The notes beneath the pieces were generated by a model. It had not been told where the DNA came from. It searched no databases and saw only the letters and a list, made by a program, of their open reading frames with translations. 64,000 bases of DNA from Podarcis muralis (lineage: Eukaryota), in assembly GCF_964188315.1 (NCBI RefSeq), contig NC_135664.1:47554001-47618000 (forward strand), read 5' to 3'. The translations under genes were made by a program, and so were the position numbers. Numbering within the stretch: the stretch's first letter is position 1; each line of letters starts with the position of its first letter. Positions 36,883 to 49,180 of this stretch are shown piece after piece.

Positions 36883-38126
36883 GTAAGCATAAGGGCTGAA
36901 TATTGGGGGCTTGGAAGATAGTTTTCCTCCTGATTTTTCGTTTCTGATTTGCAGCTGCTCAGTTTCTTCAGTGACAGTGCATTCCTCTTCTAATGCTAGT
37001 CCCAATGCCAGCCCAGCAATTGCAAATGAACATTCCAGATTTTTTTTATTGCATTGCAGAGGCACAAAAAACCTGTAACTTCTGCTTTGGACGTGCTTGC
37101 TAGCCTCACTTTCCGTGCCACACAGGGATGGCCTGCCCGTTAAGTCATTAAATAAGCACTGACTGTCTTGCATCATCTTTCAGGGATGCTTTAGACATCC
37201 TCTTTATTGTGCATTCCTGATTTTTTGTGTCGGGACACTTATACACAGTCATGATTTCAATGCAGTTTGTGCCTGGTTAAGTTTCAGGATAGACATACTG
37301 TTTCCAGTCAGTGCATGTCTCATAATTTCCTACTGAAATCCTGTAACTTTTCTAGTCTGTCTGGTGGTTTTTTTGGGTTTTTTTTGTCCTTCTTTTGTTG
37401 CACTGCAGTGCAAGAACACCCTTCAAGATGGCCATCACGCAATAACATTGGAGATGCATTGGCAAACAGCTAATAAAGCAGACTGGTGTGTAGTTGATCC
37501 AGTATAAATCCATCACTAATGCACAAATGCATTAAATCAATGGCATTTTGCAGAATACACCCGCCTACCCACCCACACAAACCAGTCTGGAGGGGCCCTT
37601 ATATTTAGACAACTGCCACATAGCATCCTTCAATCCAACGCCTGTCCTGCTTTTCTTCATTGTGTAGCCATTTCTTTCTTCTAAGTTATTTATCATTTTT
37701 TATAATAGTATTATTTATAATCACAGGAATTCACAAAGCAGCCAACAAATAAAAATAAAAAAATCACAATGAAACCTTTAAAACATTAGCAAAGGAAACA
37801 GTTTAACACAGAAACCAGTATAATAGCATTATCAAATCGTGATAAAAGCTAATGCTTTTAGAGTTGATGTTTCGCTTATTATCAGAGATACCTGGGTCTC
37901 AGACAAGTTAACACTATATGTCTGCAGTAGCCCTTAGTATTGTGCCCAATATCAAATCAGAAGCCTACTGTTGAAGCCTATTTTGAACCAGGTGAAGTTT
38001 CTGTATGCTTTTCAAAGGCAGTCTCATGTATAAGTAGCTTTCATTTCACTATGTGTAGGTTTGTAGTTTATCCTACCTTTCTGAAGCCTCATTGCAAACG
38101 CCTCACATTTATTTCTCTCCCAATAG

Positions 38127-38231
38127 CCGAATCAAGAGATTCAGGGGCGTTTGTTTGAACGCATTTCAGAAAATTATTCTCGCGTTCTGTTGGGCTGTCA
38201 CAAGGTTGCCAGTCAGGAACTCATACTTACA
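38127..38231 (+). CDS. FAM227A: FAM227A coding exon 7
   Basis: 105 nt, PNQEIQGRLFERISENYSRVLLGCHKVASQELILT versus remembered human PNKELQNNLFDRIAQHY. Confidence 0.93.
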
Positions 38232-38385
38232 GTAAGTATAAAAAAAATCCATAAAGAGATATCAAGTTTCAAGCAGGGAAACTCCCATTTGTGCCAATGA
38301 GAGATATTTTCTGAATACTAATTTTCACCCTGATATTGCTTACTGTTATTGCGCTGGGAAGGCTTAACCTTCCCCTATCCTTGTA

Positions 38386-38631
38386 CAGTGGTACCTCGGG
38401 TTACAAACACCTCAGGTTACAAACACTTCAGGTTACAAATTCCGCTAACCTGGAAGTAGTACCTCAGGTTAAGAACCTTGCCCCAGGATGAGAACAGAAG
38501 TTGTGCGCCTGCGGCGTGGTGGCAACAGGAGGCCCCATTAGCTTAAGTGGTACCTTAACTCAAGTTAAGAACGGTTTCAGGTTAAGAACGGACCTCCAGA
38601 ACGAATTAAGTTCATAACCAGAGGACCACTG
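38386..38631. mobile_element. Tc1/mariner-type (Tigger-like) MITE
   Basis: CAGTGGTACCTC and GAGG-ACCACTG ends flanked by TA; same family as 43086-43311, opposite orientation. Confidence 0.88.
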
Positions 38632-38789
38632 TACTGTGGTGACAGTGACAATCACTCACCTGACCTGGTATTTAGTATTTCAAAACCCACAGCATGACTG
38701 TGGACCACATCATTAACTTAACATGTTAACAGTTAACAGTTGCAGTTAACCAATTTATTTGAGCTCTGATTTCCCCTGCCTTGATTTAG

Positions 38790-38939
<150 letters not shown>

Positions 38940-39003
38940 TGAAGGGAGCTGGACAGACTTTGCTTGGAGATCCATGTTTCACACAATGCAGTAATGTTTA
39001 TGG

Positions 39004-39178
39004 CAGTGCTTTTTTCTGGGGGGACACAGGGGTACGCATACCCCTAAACATTTTGTAAATCTTTGTACTTTTGTCCATTTACTGTATTTATTTATCCCCG
39101 ATTTGAACTATAAAATGGTGATTTTCTTGAGTCAAAATGAGAGTACCCCTAAACATTTTTTTAAAGAAAAAAGTACTG
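39004..39178. mobile_element. Short DNA-transposon-like element (hAT-like)
   Basis: cagtgctttttt and aaaaaagtactg ends; TSD not recognisable; a related partial copy starts at 56266. Confidence 0.55.
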
Positions 39179-39847
39179 TTTTTAGCAATCCTTCAACATA
39201 ACATAACCAGTTAGCTGCCACCCCCTTCCCCTCTTTGAGTCACATTCAGTCAAGAAATGTGTCTCATCTTGACATTTTTGAGCTGTCCTTAGGCTTCCTT
39301 CTCTTACCCTACAGTCGAATCCAAAGAATCACTTGACTAGTTATAAGTTCCAGAGAAGAGCCATGTTAGTTTGCTGTAACAAAAGCACCTAGCAGTCCTG
39401 TGGTACCTTAAAAGAACTTGCACATTTATTAAGAGGAATATGTTTTTGTGGATTAGGTTTCAGTTCATCAGATGATCAAAGTTTATGCCATAATAAACCA
39501 GTTAGTCTTTAAGGTGCTATAAAACTCTGTTGTTTAAGCTACTTATATGTGCCCAAGGGGGAATTTGCAATTGTATTTTCTAAACAGCCGTTCTCCGTGT
39601 TACTTTGGAAATGGTTTTGGAAAGTGAGGCATCTTTCAGAAGCAGTTTGCAATATGGCATGAAGGCATAAAAAAGTCAAGAACCCATTGGGCATGCCTCA
39701 GTTCTTGGGTGGAGGCTGTCTTTTTCCAACACAAAAAATAATCATACATAACACTGTCCAATAAGTTATGATTTACTGTGTATAGATGATAATAACGAGT
39801 GCATTCTTTTGCTTCTCACTATCTGTCCTCCCTCTCGCCCCATATAG

Positions 39848-39955
39848 GTAGCTTGAATGCACCAGGGAGTTATACTAAATGGGATTATTCCCAGCTGGAG
39901 CCAGAGCGATCCAGAAGAGAAGATTTGCTGTCCGGAAAAGGAAAATTAGGGACTG
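39848..39955 (+). CDS. FAM227A: FAM227A coding exon 9
   Basis: 108 nt, GSLNAPGSYTKWDYSQLEPERSRREDLLSGKGKLGT versus human [20 protein letters not shown]. Confidence 0.93.
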
Positions 39956-41646
39956 GTAAGTCGAGATGAGCAAATCTTTCAATTTCAGTTTCTCATTTTT
40001 CAGATATTAAGTTCAGTTCTCTGCAATTCCACATCAGTTTGCAATTTTTTTAAAAAATCACATGAAAATTCATCAGAATGTGTGTCACTTTCTCCTAATA
40101 TTTACATTTTTGTATGCAATTTTATTTATTTAGTTTCAACTTTCTGTTTAAGGATGCTTTAAAAAGGGCATTTTGGGTGTGGGGGGGAAGGGTGCCTTTT
40201 GGTTGCTTTTTTTTTAATAATGTATTGACAACTGGGAGAAATTGATAAGTCATATAGAATAACTGGAAGCTGTAAGAAAGACATGTAACAATGCTCAGTG
40301 TGGGAGTGCCTCTTAATCTTTGGCGTCTTTTACAGATGCTGCCAGTATGTGTTTCATTGTTGTTGTTGTTGTTGATGATGATGATGATATCCTGCTATTT
40401 CTCCAAGGAATTCAAGGCAGCACACAGGGTTTTTGTGCTCCCTCTTATTTTCTCATATCAATCCTGTGAACTAGGTTCGGCAGAGAAGCCGTCATTGGTT
40501 CAAGGTTTTTCTTATGCCTGAGTGAAGATTTGAGTCTGGATCATCCTAGTCCAGCACACTAAGCCAGTGGTGGGGAATGTCTGGCCTGTGGTCCTAATTA
40601 GGAAGTGCCTGCCAATTTGGGAACTTCCTACTCTAGTTGGGGAAAACGGGTTGGATTCAAAATGGAGCATTTGCAAGGGATAAAATTCTGCAGTTTCATA
40701 CTTGGAGAAGGCAGTTTGAATGCATATATTTGCACATGTATGTGATCCTATTGTGCATTTCCAATCTCTTAACCATTTCTGCACCAGCACAGATTGTGGT
40801 GCCATGGAGTCACTATAGTGGGTAAGCGTAGTTTTGTAAAGAGCCTTTCTTGGGTTTTTTCTGTTGGAGGCAGTATTTGCAAATGGCTTTTAAGAGGGTT
40901 TTCCTCTCCTTAGGTTCATTATTGTGGGATGTATTCCATTGCTGGGCAAGCAGAATACCGCTTGCACAGTGGGAATTTCGTTTCACCTGTGCACTCTGCA
41001 GATCTGCTTTGGAGGGTCTCACAATGTTCGGGAGCTGATTTTGAGCAGGGCTGGCTGGAGGGCATAGGAGAAAAAGTTCCATTGTGTTCATGTAACTCTG
41101 CTACTTGCGTAGGGCTGTAGTATTGGATACAGCCCTTTGTAATCAACATGTCAGGAGGTCTGATATAGTATATTTGTGGTGTAGGAGGAGATTCAGTTCC
41201 AGGTACAATAGATCAGAGGACTGTCTTTCGTAGGAGCTGACATCCAGCTGTGAAGGGAGCACTGCCTTTATCCACTTCCCTATTTTGATGGGATTTACCC
41301 CCTTTGATCAGCAAAATATTCAAGTGTTCATGATTGTTCAGCTCGTACCTGGCTGGTTTAGAACCATTTGGGGTCAGCTTCCATATGAGCCTCATAAGTG
41401 ATGTTGTAGGAAGGAAGGTGGCTGTGTACTGGCTGGGGTAGAGCATAGCCTTCCATAAGAAGAATCCTCATCATTTCAATAGGATTCTGAGAAATCCCCC
41501 AAAGAATCAAACTGCATATGCAAGAAGTATAAAGTGTGCATTGAGGACAGTGTGTTCTGTGTCCCAGGCAGAGAGAGAAATTCCCTATTCACCTAATCAT
41601 AGGTAATAAGGAAATAATTTATAATAAGCAACTTTGATTTCCACAG

Positions 41647-41717
41647 GCTGTGATATTTCCTTTAGCAACTATACGTTACCTGGTACTACACGGAAGCACC
41701 CATTGACACTCCGAAAG
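41647..41717 (+). CDS. FAM227A: FAM227A coding exon 10 (divergent)
   Basis: ttccacag|GC...AAG|gtaata, 71 nt, phase 1 to 0, open frame; no recognisable homology. Confidence 0.62.
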
Positions 41718-41822
41718 GTAATAGGTTATTTCATTTGCAAGCATCAGTATAGGGGCTGTTAATACGGGCAAAGTGTTCTAAAGATAGATGAAAGATTATA
41801 CCAGAGCAGGTGGAGGATCAAC

Positions 41823-41875
41823 TCATAGAATCATAGAATTGTACAGCTGGAAGTGACTACAAGGATCATCTAGTC
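41823..41875 (-). mobile_element. CR1 LINE 3' end, interrupted by a hAT element and resuming at 42370
   Basis: tcatagaatcatagaa (reverse complement of the CR1 ATTCTATG tail) followed by ...atcatctagtccaac. Confidence 0.7.
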
Positions 41876-42369
41876 CAGGGGTCGGCAACCCGTGGCTCCG
41901 GAGCCGCATGTGGCTCTTTTACACCTTTGCCGCAGCTCCGGGGCGGATACTAGCGAGGGGAGGAGGCGCATTGTGCGCCCCGACACTCCCCACTGTGGCG
42001 GGCGCTGTACTGGCTGTGACGTCGCATGGGGGCGGTGCGTGCATTAGTCACGCACCGTCCCGACGTCACCTTCCCCTCCCACCCGCTACATTGTAAGGGG
42101 CATGTACGCTGGTCACTGAATTGAAAGGGGGCATGTACGCTGGTCACTGTTTTGAAGGGGAGTGAAGAACACACACACACAAAAAGGTAACTTGTTAATT
42201 TAACGTTTATTTCTATGAGGAGGAGTAATTCTGAGGGGTCAAACAAAGAAATAATTAAAAAGTGACAAAAAAGTTGTTTTTATAATGACGAGTTTTGCGG
42301 CTCCCAGTTTTTTTTCCTTCGGAAACGGGTCCAAGTGGCTCTTTTTGTCTTAAAGGTTGCAGACCCCTG
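41876..42369. mobile_element. hAT (Charlie-like) non-autonomous element nested in CR1
   Basis: TIR caggggtcggcaacc versus caggggtctgcaacc (14/15), perfect 8-bp TSD atctagtc, internal duplication of gggcatgtacgctggtcactg at about 42096-42149. Confidence 0.9.
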
Positions 42370-42711
42370 ATCTAGTCCAACAGGAATCTTGCCCTACTTG
42401 GGCTTGAACCCACAACCTTGATATTAAGAGTCTGGTGTTCCTATCGATCGAGGCATTTGCTCATATGACTTAAGGTCTATAAGCCCCATGGTACAATGAT
42501 TTTAAGAAAATAGTACCAGTAACTCTTCCCAATGCTGTGTTGCATTTGGTAAATAAGAGTGAGCACTGATCTATTAAAAAGAAATGAAAAATGCTACCTG
42601 AATAATGTCCTTTCCTCCTTTTTAAAATCTCCAAACTTACTCCTCCCCACCCAAATTTAATATGTAAAAACATAAATGTGGTATGAATTTTTTCTTCCCC
42701 TCGTGATCTAG

Positions 42712-42784
42712 AAGCATACAGCCATTAAAAAAGTCAAGAAGTCTGTCTCCAGGAAAAAAATTCAAAAGCAGTTTCCTTTGGAAG
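42712..42784 (+). CDS. FAM227A: FAM227A coding exon 11 (divergent)
   Basis: gatctag|AAG...GAAG|gtaata, 73 nt, phase 0 to 1, KHTAIKKVKKSVSRKKIQKQFPLE. Confidence 0.62.
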
Positions 42785-42982
42785 GTAATACCGTGAAAAA
42801 TTTGATAAATGTATGCAAGATCTGTTGTAAACATTAGAGTCCTCCATTACGCTAACAGCATGGATGTGGCATGCTTTTTCCAAGTGAGTGTATGGAAGCG
42901 TGTGTTGTCATGACTCATAAGTAAGAGATGTAGATGAATTACAGTGGTACCTCAGGTTACATATGCTTCAGGTTACAGACTC

Positions 42983-43449
42983 GGCGAGAAGCCAAGTTAC
43001 AGAGAACCAGGCAGGGGGCCTTCTCGGTAGTGGCACCCGCCCTGTGGAACGCCCTCCCACCAGATGTCAAAGAGAAAAACAACTACAGTAGTACCTTGGG
43101 TTAAGAACTTAATTCGTTCTGGAGGTCCATTCTCAACCTGAAACTGTTCTTAACCTGAGGTACCACTTTAGCTGATGGGGCCTCCCACTGCTACTGCACC
43201 GCCGCTGCGCAATTTCTGTTCTCATCCGGAAGCAAAGTTCTTAACCCGAGGTACTATTTCTGGGTTAGCGGAGTCTGTAACCTGAAGTGTCTGTAACCCA
43301 AGGTACCACTGTACCAGACTTTTAGAAGACATCTGAAGGCAGCCCTGTTAAGGGAAGTTTTTAATGTTTAATAGGTTATTGTATTTTAATATTCTGTTGG
43401 AAGCTGCCCAGAGTGGCTGGGGAAACCCAGCCAGATGGGCGGGGTATAA

Positions 43450-43497
<48 letters not shown>
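42983..43497 (+). mobile_element. L2-like LINE 3' end with (ATT)16 tail, interrupted by a MITE
   Basis: With the MITE removed it reads ...AFSVVAPALWNALPPDVKEKNNYQTFRRHLKAAL..., an L2 ORF2 C-terminal motif; tail at 43450-43497. Confidence 0.8.
43086..43311. mobile_element. Tc1/mariner-type MITE nested in L2
   Basis: cagtagtaccttgggtta and taacccaaggtaccactg TIRs, TA duplicated at 43084-43085 and 43312-43313. Confidence 0.9.
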
Positions 43498-43500
<3 letters not shown>

Positions 43501-43764
43501 CTCTCCTTTGGGTAAAGCATGGAGTGTTCTCTCATTTCTACATATATTAAGTGTATGGGCTCCCAGTAAAATGAGGCTGCATTTTAAGCTGTATTTTAAT
43601 CAACTGGTTTTTTAAAAATGTTTTTATTGTATTTTATATTTAGTGTTAGCCGGGGAGGGCGGGGGTATAAATAAAAAGTTGTTGTTGTTGTTAGTCATTC
43701 TTTTTAAATTAAGAGACAGCTTACATAACAACTGAGAAGATTTTCTCCCTCCCCCAACCCCTAG

Positions 43765-43883
43765 AAAAAATGAGTCTATATTTTCACTCTTTGAGGACTA
43801 CAGAGGATGATGAGCAGCATTCATCACAGAAGCATCAACGTTCATCAAAAAGGAAACTGAAGATTGCTTTGCTTCCTCGAGAG
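43765..43883 (+). CDS. FAM227A: FAM227A coding exon 12 (divergent)
   Basis: cccctag|AA...GAG|gtaatg, 119 nt, phase 1 to 0, open frame closing the phase chain into exon 13. Confidence 0.68.
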
Positions 43884-43951
43884 GTAATGTAATTCATGTA
43901 GAGGGGACATTTTAAAATAGCACAATTACTTGAGGATAAGATAGTAACATA

Positions 43952-44316
43952 GGGGATGCGGGTGGCGCTGTGGGTAAAAGCCTCAGTGCCTAGGACTTGC
44001 CGATCGAAAGGTCGGCGGTTCGAATCCCCGCGGCGGGGTGCGCTCCTGTCGTTTGGTCCCAGCGCCTGCCAACCTAGCAGTTCGAAAGCACCCCCGGGTG
44101 CAAGTAGATAAATAGGGACCGCTTACTGGCGGGAAGGTAAACGGCGTTTCCGTGTGCTGCACTGGCTCGCCAGATGCAGCTTGTCACGCTGGCCACGTGA
44201 CCCGGAAGTGTCTCCGGACAGCGCTGGCCCCCGGCCTCTTAAGTGAGATGGGCGCACAACCCTAGAGTCTGTCAAGACTGGCCCGTACGGGCAGGGGTAC
44301 CTTTACCTTTACCTTT
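43952..44316 (+). mobile_element. Sauria SINE, full length
   Basis: 15-bp TSD taagatagtaacata. Confidence 0.93.
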
Positions 44317-44392
44317 TAAGATAGTAACATATCCCTACTGCTTATACAGATGTCCTTTGAATTCAATACAGAAAAGAAAGTTTATTCAGCCA

Positions 44393-45002
44393 GGATAATA
44401 ATAATAATAATTTTATTTATACCCCGCCCTCCCCGGTCAGGACCTGGCTCAGGGCGGCTAACATCAGAATATATAATACGTTAAAAACATAGAATCAAAC
44501 AATCAATTAAAATACAACTTAGAATCAAGCTAAGGTAAGAATAAAATCAGATGGCAACCCACGAATTATAACTATAAGGGTTGGGAACATTAAGTGCTTG
44601 CTAGGCCCAACTATTTGTGCTGGCCTTACTGGGACATTGGGAAGAGTTTTGGAGACCACTTACATGCAGGGTCTTATAAAAGGATCTTATAGAAGGAGGG
44701 GGGGTCAGACTGGGCCCTGACCAAAGGCATGGCGGAATAGCTCCATCTTACAAGCCCTGCAGAAAGATGTCAGATCCTGCAGGGCCCTGGTCTCTTGTGA
44801 CAGAGCATTCCACCAGGCTGGGGCCAGTGCCGAAAAGGCCGTGGCTCTGGTCGAAGGCAGTCTAACCTCCTTGAGGCCTGGGACCTCCAAGGTATTATTA
44901 TTTACATAAGGTCCTCCGCGGGGCATACTAGGAGAGGCGGTCCCGTAAGTACGAGGGTCCTAGGCCGTATAGACTTTTGAAGGTTAAAACCAGCACCTTA
45001 AA
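44393..45002 (-). mobile_element. L2-like LINE 3' fragment
   Basis: Minus-strand ORF ...RATAFSALAPAWWNALSQETRALQDLTSFCRACKMELFRHAF with an (ATT)n tail. Confidence 0.82.
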
Positions 45003-45734
45003 GGATACAAGCTTAATGAGGATGATTATTTTGAGAGACACAAAAATCAGGAGTGAAACAGAAAAGAAGCATCTTGAATGAGCAGTTATGTCAATCAGAG
45101 AGCAATCCCAGATTATCTGTGAGCTGATTCACACTTGAAAACTACCCACATGGAAGTATAAGGGGCCACAGCCAGGCTGACCACAAGGCATCACCCATGC
45201 AGAAAGACTGTATAACCTCCAGAAGGGCGAGTTTAAAAATTGCTAATGGAACCACAGAAAACATGAATCCATGCACATACATGCCATTCATGCAAAAAGC
45301 ATCAGTGAGCCCTGCTCAGCTATGAGACGACCCTTCCCGTTATTGAGGGGCTCACATTAGGATATTAAATATAGCAAACTGTAAAGGTGAGGTTGCTACA
45401 TTATTGTGCCAATGAACAATCTGTAGGAAATCAAAGATCAGGGATACAATAATGTATCTTCTAGATCTAGAAGAATGATGTATATTTGTAAAACAATTGA
45501 CATTCAAAATATATTTTAAATCTTTCCCTTTGGTTTTTATTGTGAAAATTGGATGCAACAATTCAAGGTTTCTGACCTGAAATGCAACATAAACGTGAAA
45601 TTTTACTGCTTTTGATTTGTTACGTCCCCTGATAGGTTAAAGAAACAAATGCATCTACATAAAGTATACTGAATTCTGTTGCATGTAAAGTGAAATAGAA
45701 TGAATAGCTGCCAGCTGTTACCAAATGTTGAATA

Positions 45735-46092
45735 AAGGTAAAGGTACCCCTGCCCGTACGGGCCAGTCTTGACAGACTCTAGGGTTGTGCGCCCATCTCA
45801 CTCAAGAGGCCGGGGGCCAGTGCTGTCCGGAGACACTTCCGGGTCACGTGGCCAGCGTGACATCGCTACTCTGGCGAGCCAGAGCCGCACACGGAAACGC
45901 CGTTTACCTTCCCGCTAGTAAGCGGTCCCTATTTATCTACTTGCACCCGGGGGTGCTTTCGAACTGCTAGGTTGGCAGGCACTGGGACCGAACAACGGGA
46001 GTACACCCCGCCGCGGGGATTCGAACCGCTGACCTTTCGATCGGCAAGCCCTAGGCGCTGAGGCTTTTACCCACAGCGCCACCCGCGTCCCC
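45735..46092 (-). mobile_element. Sauria SINE, full length
   Basis: 10-bp TSD atgttgaata. Confidence 0.93.
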
Positions 46093-46407
46093 ATGTTGAA
46101 TACTACATGCCTTTTGCCATCAAATGTTAAACAGCTGCTGCAAAATTATTGGATGTCAAATTATTGGATTCAAAATGATTGAATATCAAATGGTAGCTGG
46201 GGAATGTTTGGAGAATGTTCTTTGAAGAAGAAGACTTTGAGAAGCTATTAACAAGGTGTTAGCAGTGGTTGTTGTGGACAGTTTGAATGTATTATCAAAG
46301 TTCTGTGATCATTCACTCTGGATGGAAACAATTACAGTTGTAAGATGCTACTACATCCACAAATCTGAGTGTGATAGAAGTAACCACTGTCCTCATTTAT
46401 CTTCTAG

Positions 46408-46565
46408 TCACACCCAGCCAGTTCTGGTCCTGAGTACACCTGGCACCACCTGAATATTCATGGTCACTGCCCACTAATTCAGCACTTTCTTCAGAAGCGG
46501 AATGCTGTATCAAAGGCAGGATGTGACATATTTTTAAGCAGGAGGGCAATCTGCAAGCCAATACC
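46408..46565 (+). CDS. FAM227A: FAM227A coding exon 13 (ends at an AT-AC U12 donor)
   Basis: 158 nt, SHPASSGPEYTWHHLNIHGHCPLIQHFLQKRNAVSKAGCDIFLSRRAICKPI(P) versus human LFNIYGKSPLIVYFLQ; followed by ATATCCTT. Confidence 0.92.
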
Positions 46566-48900
46566 ATATCCTTATGAACTGTTCAAGGGAAAGGAGGATG
46601 GGAAATTCTTGTATATAGCTACGTTTTTGTTCATGATTCACCAGTTCAGAATTACTTATGTACAGTGCATTATGCAGTAAGTTGATCAGTTCATAGCTTA
46701 TATTTAGGACATTAGACCATTAGGGTTGTTGTTTTAAAAAATGGCCACACTTAACAGTTCAAACTAAGCCACATCAAAGAGTCCCGGGTATCAAGGGGTG
46801 TAAATATACAAAGTAATTTTTGACTATGTTCTGGGAATCATGCAGTTCCTCTGAACCTCTGTCAGGAATTCTTGAGTGAGATGATCATGAAGGAAGACAA
46901 ACTTGAATAACAGTTTGCGCATTGTTCCTGATCTTTCTGTGAAATAATGCAGAACAGTAGCGAAGTACTGGATGTGCTCTCAGTATCTGATGGGTTAGGC
47001 CAGATAAGCCTGGCCAAAACCGTGTGCCCTAAATCAATTCTTAGATGCAGGGAAGGATCTGTCAATTTTGGTTCTTTCAGTTTCTCATTTTTCCAACCTT
47101 AAATTCAGTTCCCAGCATTTCTGCAGGGATTTGTGATTTTTAAAAAAATCCTTATGAGAATTATTTGGCAATTTATTGTGAATTTGTCCTAATAAATACC
47201 TTTTCCATGTAATTTTGACTATTGTGCACATTTTTGCAAACAATTTCTCCCAAAGCATTTTTGTGTTATTTTCACTAATATGTTCATTTTAATGCACATT
47301 TTGACGTAATATATGCATTTTCGTAAACAGGTGACTTGGTTGGAGAACTGCATTGTAAAATTGGATAAGTGCTAATTCTGAAATATGGCTGTGTTCTTGT
47401 CTCATAGTGTTTCAACAAGCGCAAATTTGATAAGAGTCACCTTTAAATGCAAGCCTGAATCACATTTCTCTCCCATTCCCCCTTGGGAGACAATTCAATG
47501 TAGAAAGGGTTCCCTGAAAGTAGGATGTTTAAAAAACACGTTGTTGTTGTTGTTAGTGGTAGTAGTAGTAGTAGTTTTTCCCAGTCTGGGAAAAAGTCCC
47601 CACTCAAGGGGACTTACACAGATAAAATAGAACAAATTAAAAATATAGGAAAGTCAACCATTAAAATGTAATTAAAGCAGACGTAAAATAGTTCTGCTTC
47701 TTAAAGGACAGCAATTTTGTCAGCAGAGACAGAAAAAGCACAGCTAGAGAATGATTTAGGAGCTGATTTTAATACGTTATAGTTGAAGATACAACAACTC
47801 TGTCTGCAAACTAGTTCCCTATATGGAAGACATGTTCACACTCCCAATATTTTTTTTGTCTTTTATGATTAAGTAACCAACCTGTGCTGCAGAAGCATCA
47901 AACTTAAGTTTTAAATTCTGAATTATAAAGCAGTTTAGCATTTACTAGGACTGGGGACTTCTGGATTATAAAGAGCACAAAAGGAACACATGTGTATACC
48001 TTTTAGTTTAGGAGTTTCACTGGGTTGCAGCCATTGACTTTCATTGGCCATTTCATGGTCCACTCAAGCCAAATTGCATTCCCAGAAACACACATGGGGC
48101 TGTTTCTACCACTGTAATGCAGAAGGTAGGAGGGCATGCAGTTCTTGACTCGGTATTAGTGGTCTTGGGCTCTTATAAAATCCTACTCTGAACCTTCAGT
48201 CTACTTTAGACCCATATTTAAAGATAATGGCCCCTATCCAGCGCAGTTATGCATGCTTAAGCCCATTTATTTCAATATATTTACATCTGTGTAGTTGAAA
48301 TATTTATACCCTGCCTACTAACCAAAGTCCTTGGGAGAGTGTACAATATTGTTAAATGCTGTACAAAACCAATTTGGATATTAGAGTCCCACTCATGGGG
48401 CAAGGCTTCCTAACCCTGGCTGATTTTGATATCTACGGTACTTAGTTCCTTGGCTCCTGGTGGTGGATGCAAGAATTACAGGTGAGGCAAAGGCCTCCCT
48501 CACCTTCCAGTCTTTGGATGCCCCAAACTTTGTTCTGCGCATGAATTTCTGCGTCGCACAACAGGTCTTGGAGGAAATAACCCTGGCCTGGAAATGGCTG
48601 CTTAAGTAGCCAGATGTTAAGGGTCCTTTGCAGATTGGTGCTTCCTCCCCCAAGCTGCTACTGATGTCCATCTCAAGTGGTGGCTGATGTAGTAGTACAG
48701 TATATATATAACAGATTTCTGAAAAATAGTTTTGCATTATCCATAGAGTTGCCATTGACTGAGTTTTATTCCCAGATCATTACAGAATATGCTTCCCCTC
48801 ACCCCGCCCCACCCCGCCCCCCAAAAGCTCAGTACATGTTCTCTTTGGTATGCTTGAGGTAAGCAATTGGATTAAAATTTTCCTTTACTTCTGAAATCAC

Positions 48901-49050
48901 GGATTCTGCCCAGACATATGCAGAAGTGATCAAGCAAAGTTTTCAGAGCCTCCGCCAGAGGCACAAAGATTTCATGAAGACTTATCGGAGACACCGGAGA
49001 GAAATGAGGAAATTTGATCAACTGAGCAAGTATAACCTGTTGGTTTTCAG
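48901..49050 (+). CDS. FAM227A: FAM227A coding exon 14 (follows an AC acceptor)
   Basis: 150 nt, DSAQTYAEVIKQSFQSLRQRHKDFMKTYRRH... versus human DCTPTYTDVISE; donor CAG|gtattt. Confidence 0.88.
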
Positions 49051-49180
49051 GTATTTAAAGAGCTTGTTAAGTACAGCTTTATACATTACAATCTCAACAT
49101 GAAGGAGGCTGGACTGTCTAAGGGCCTTTCCACGATCAGCTGTATGCATAGCCAATGCATGGTTGCTGTTTGCTAACACT

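Noticed and set aside
36793-37473. 127-aa minus-strand ORF and exon-like composition in FAM227A intron 6
   Set aside because: Partly antisense to exon 6, no recognisable motif, and no consistent splice chain found.
40788-40821. 34-nt exon-like unit (accag|CACAG...GTGG|gtaagc) in FAM227A
   Set aside because: Phase 1 to 2 does not fit the neighbouring exons; the chain closes without it.
40813-41091. W...KAICKYC resembling a BED zinc finger
   Set aside because: The downstream His pair is missing and no transposase sequence follows.
48912-48914. Conventional AG acceptor for FAM227A exon 14
   Set aside because: Phase 0 is incompatible with the phase-2 end of exon 13, there is no GT donor there, and it would drop the conserved Asp; the AT-AC solution fits all constraints.
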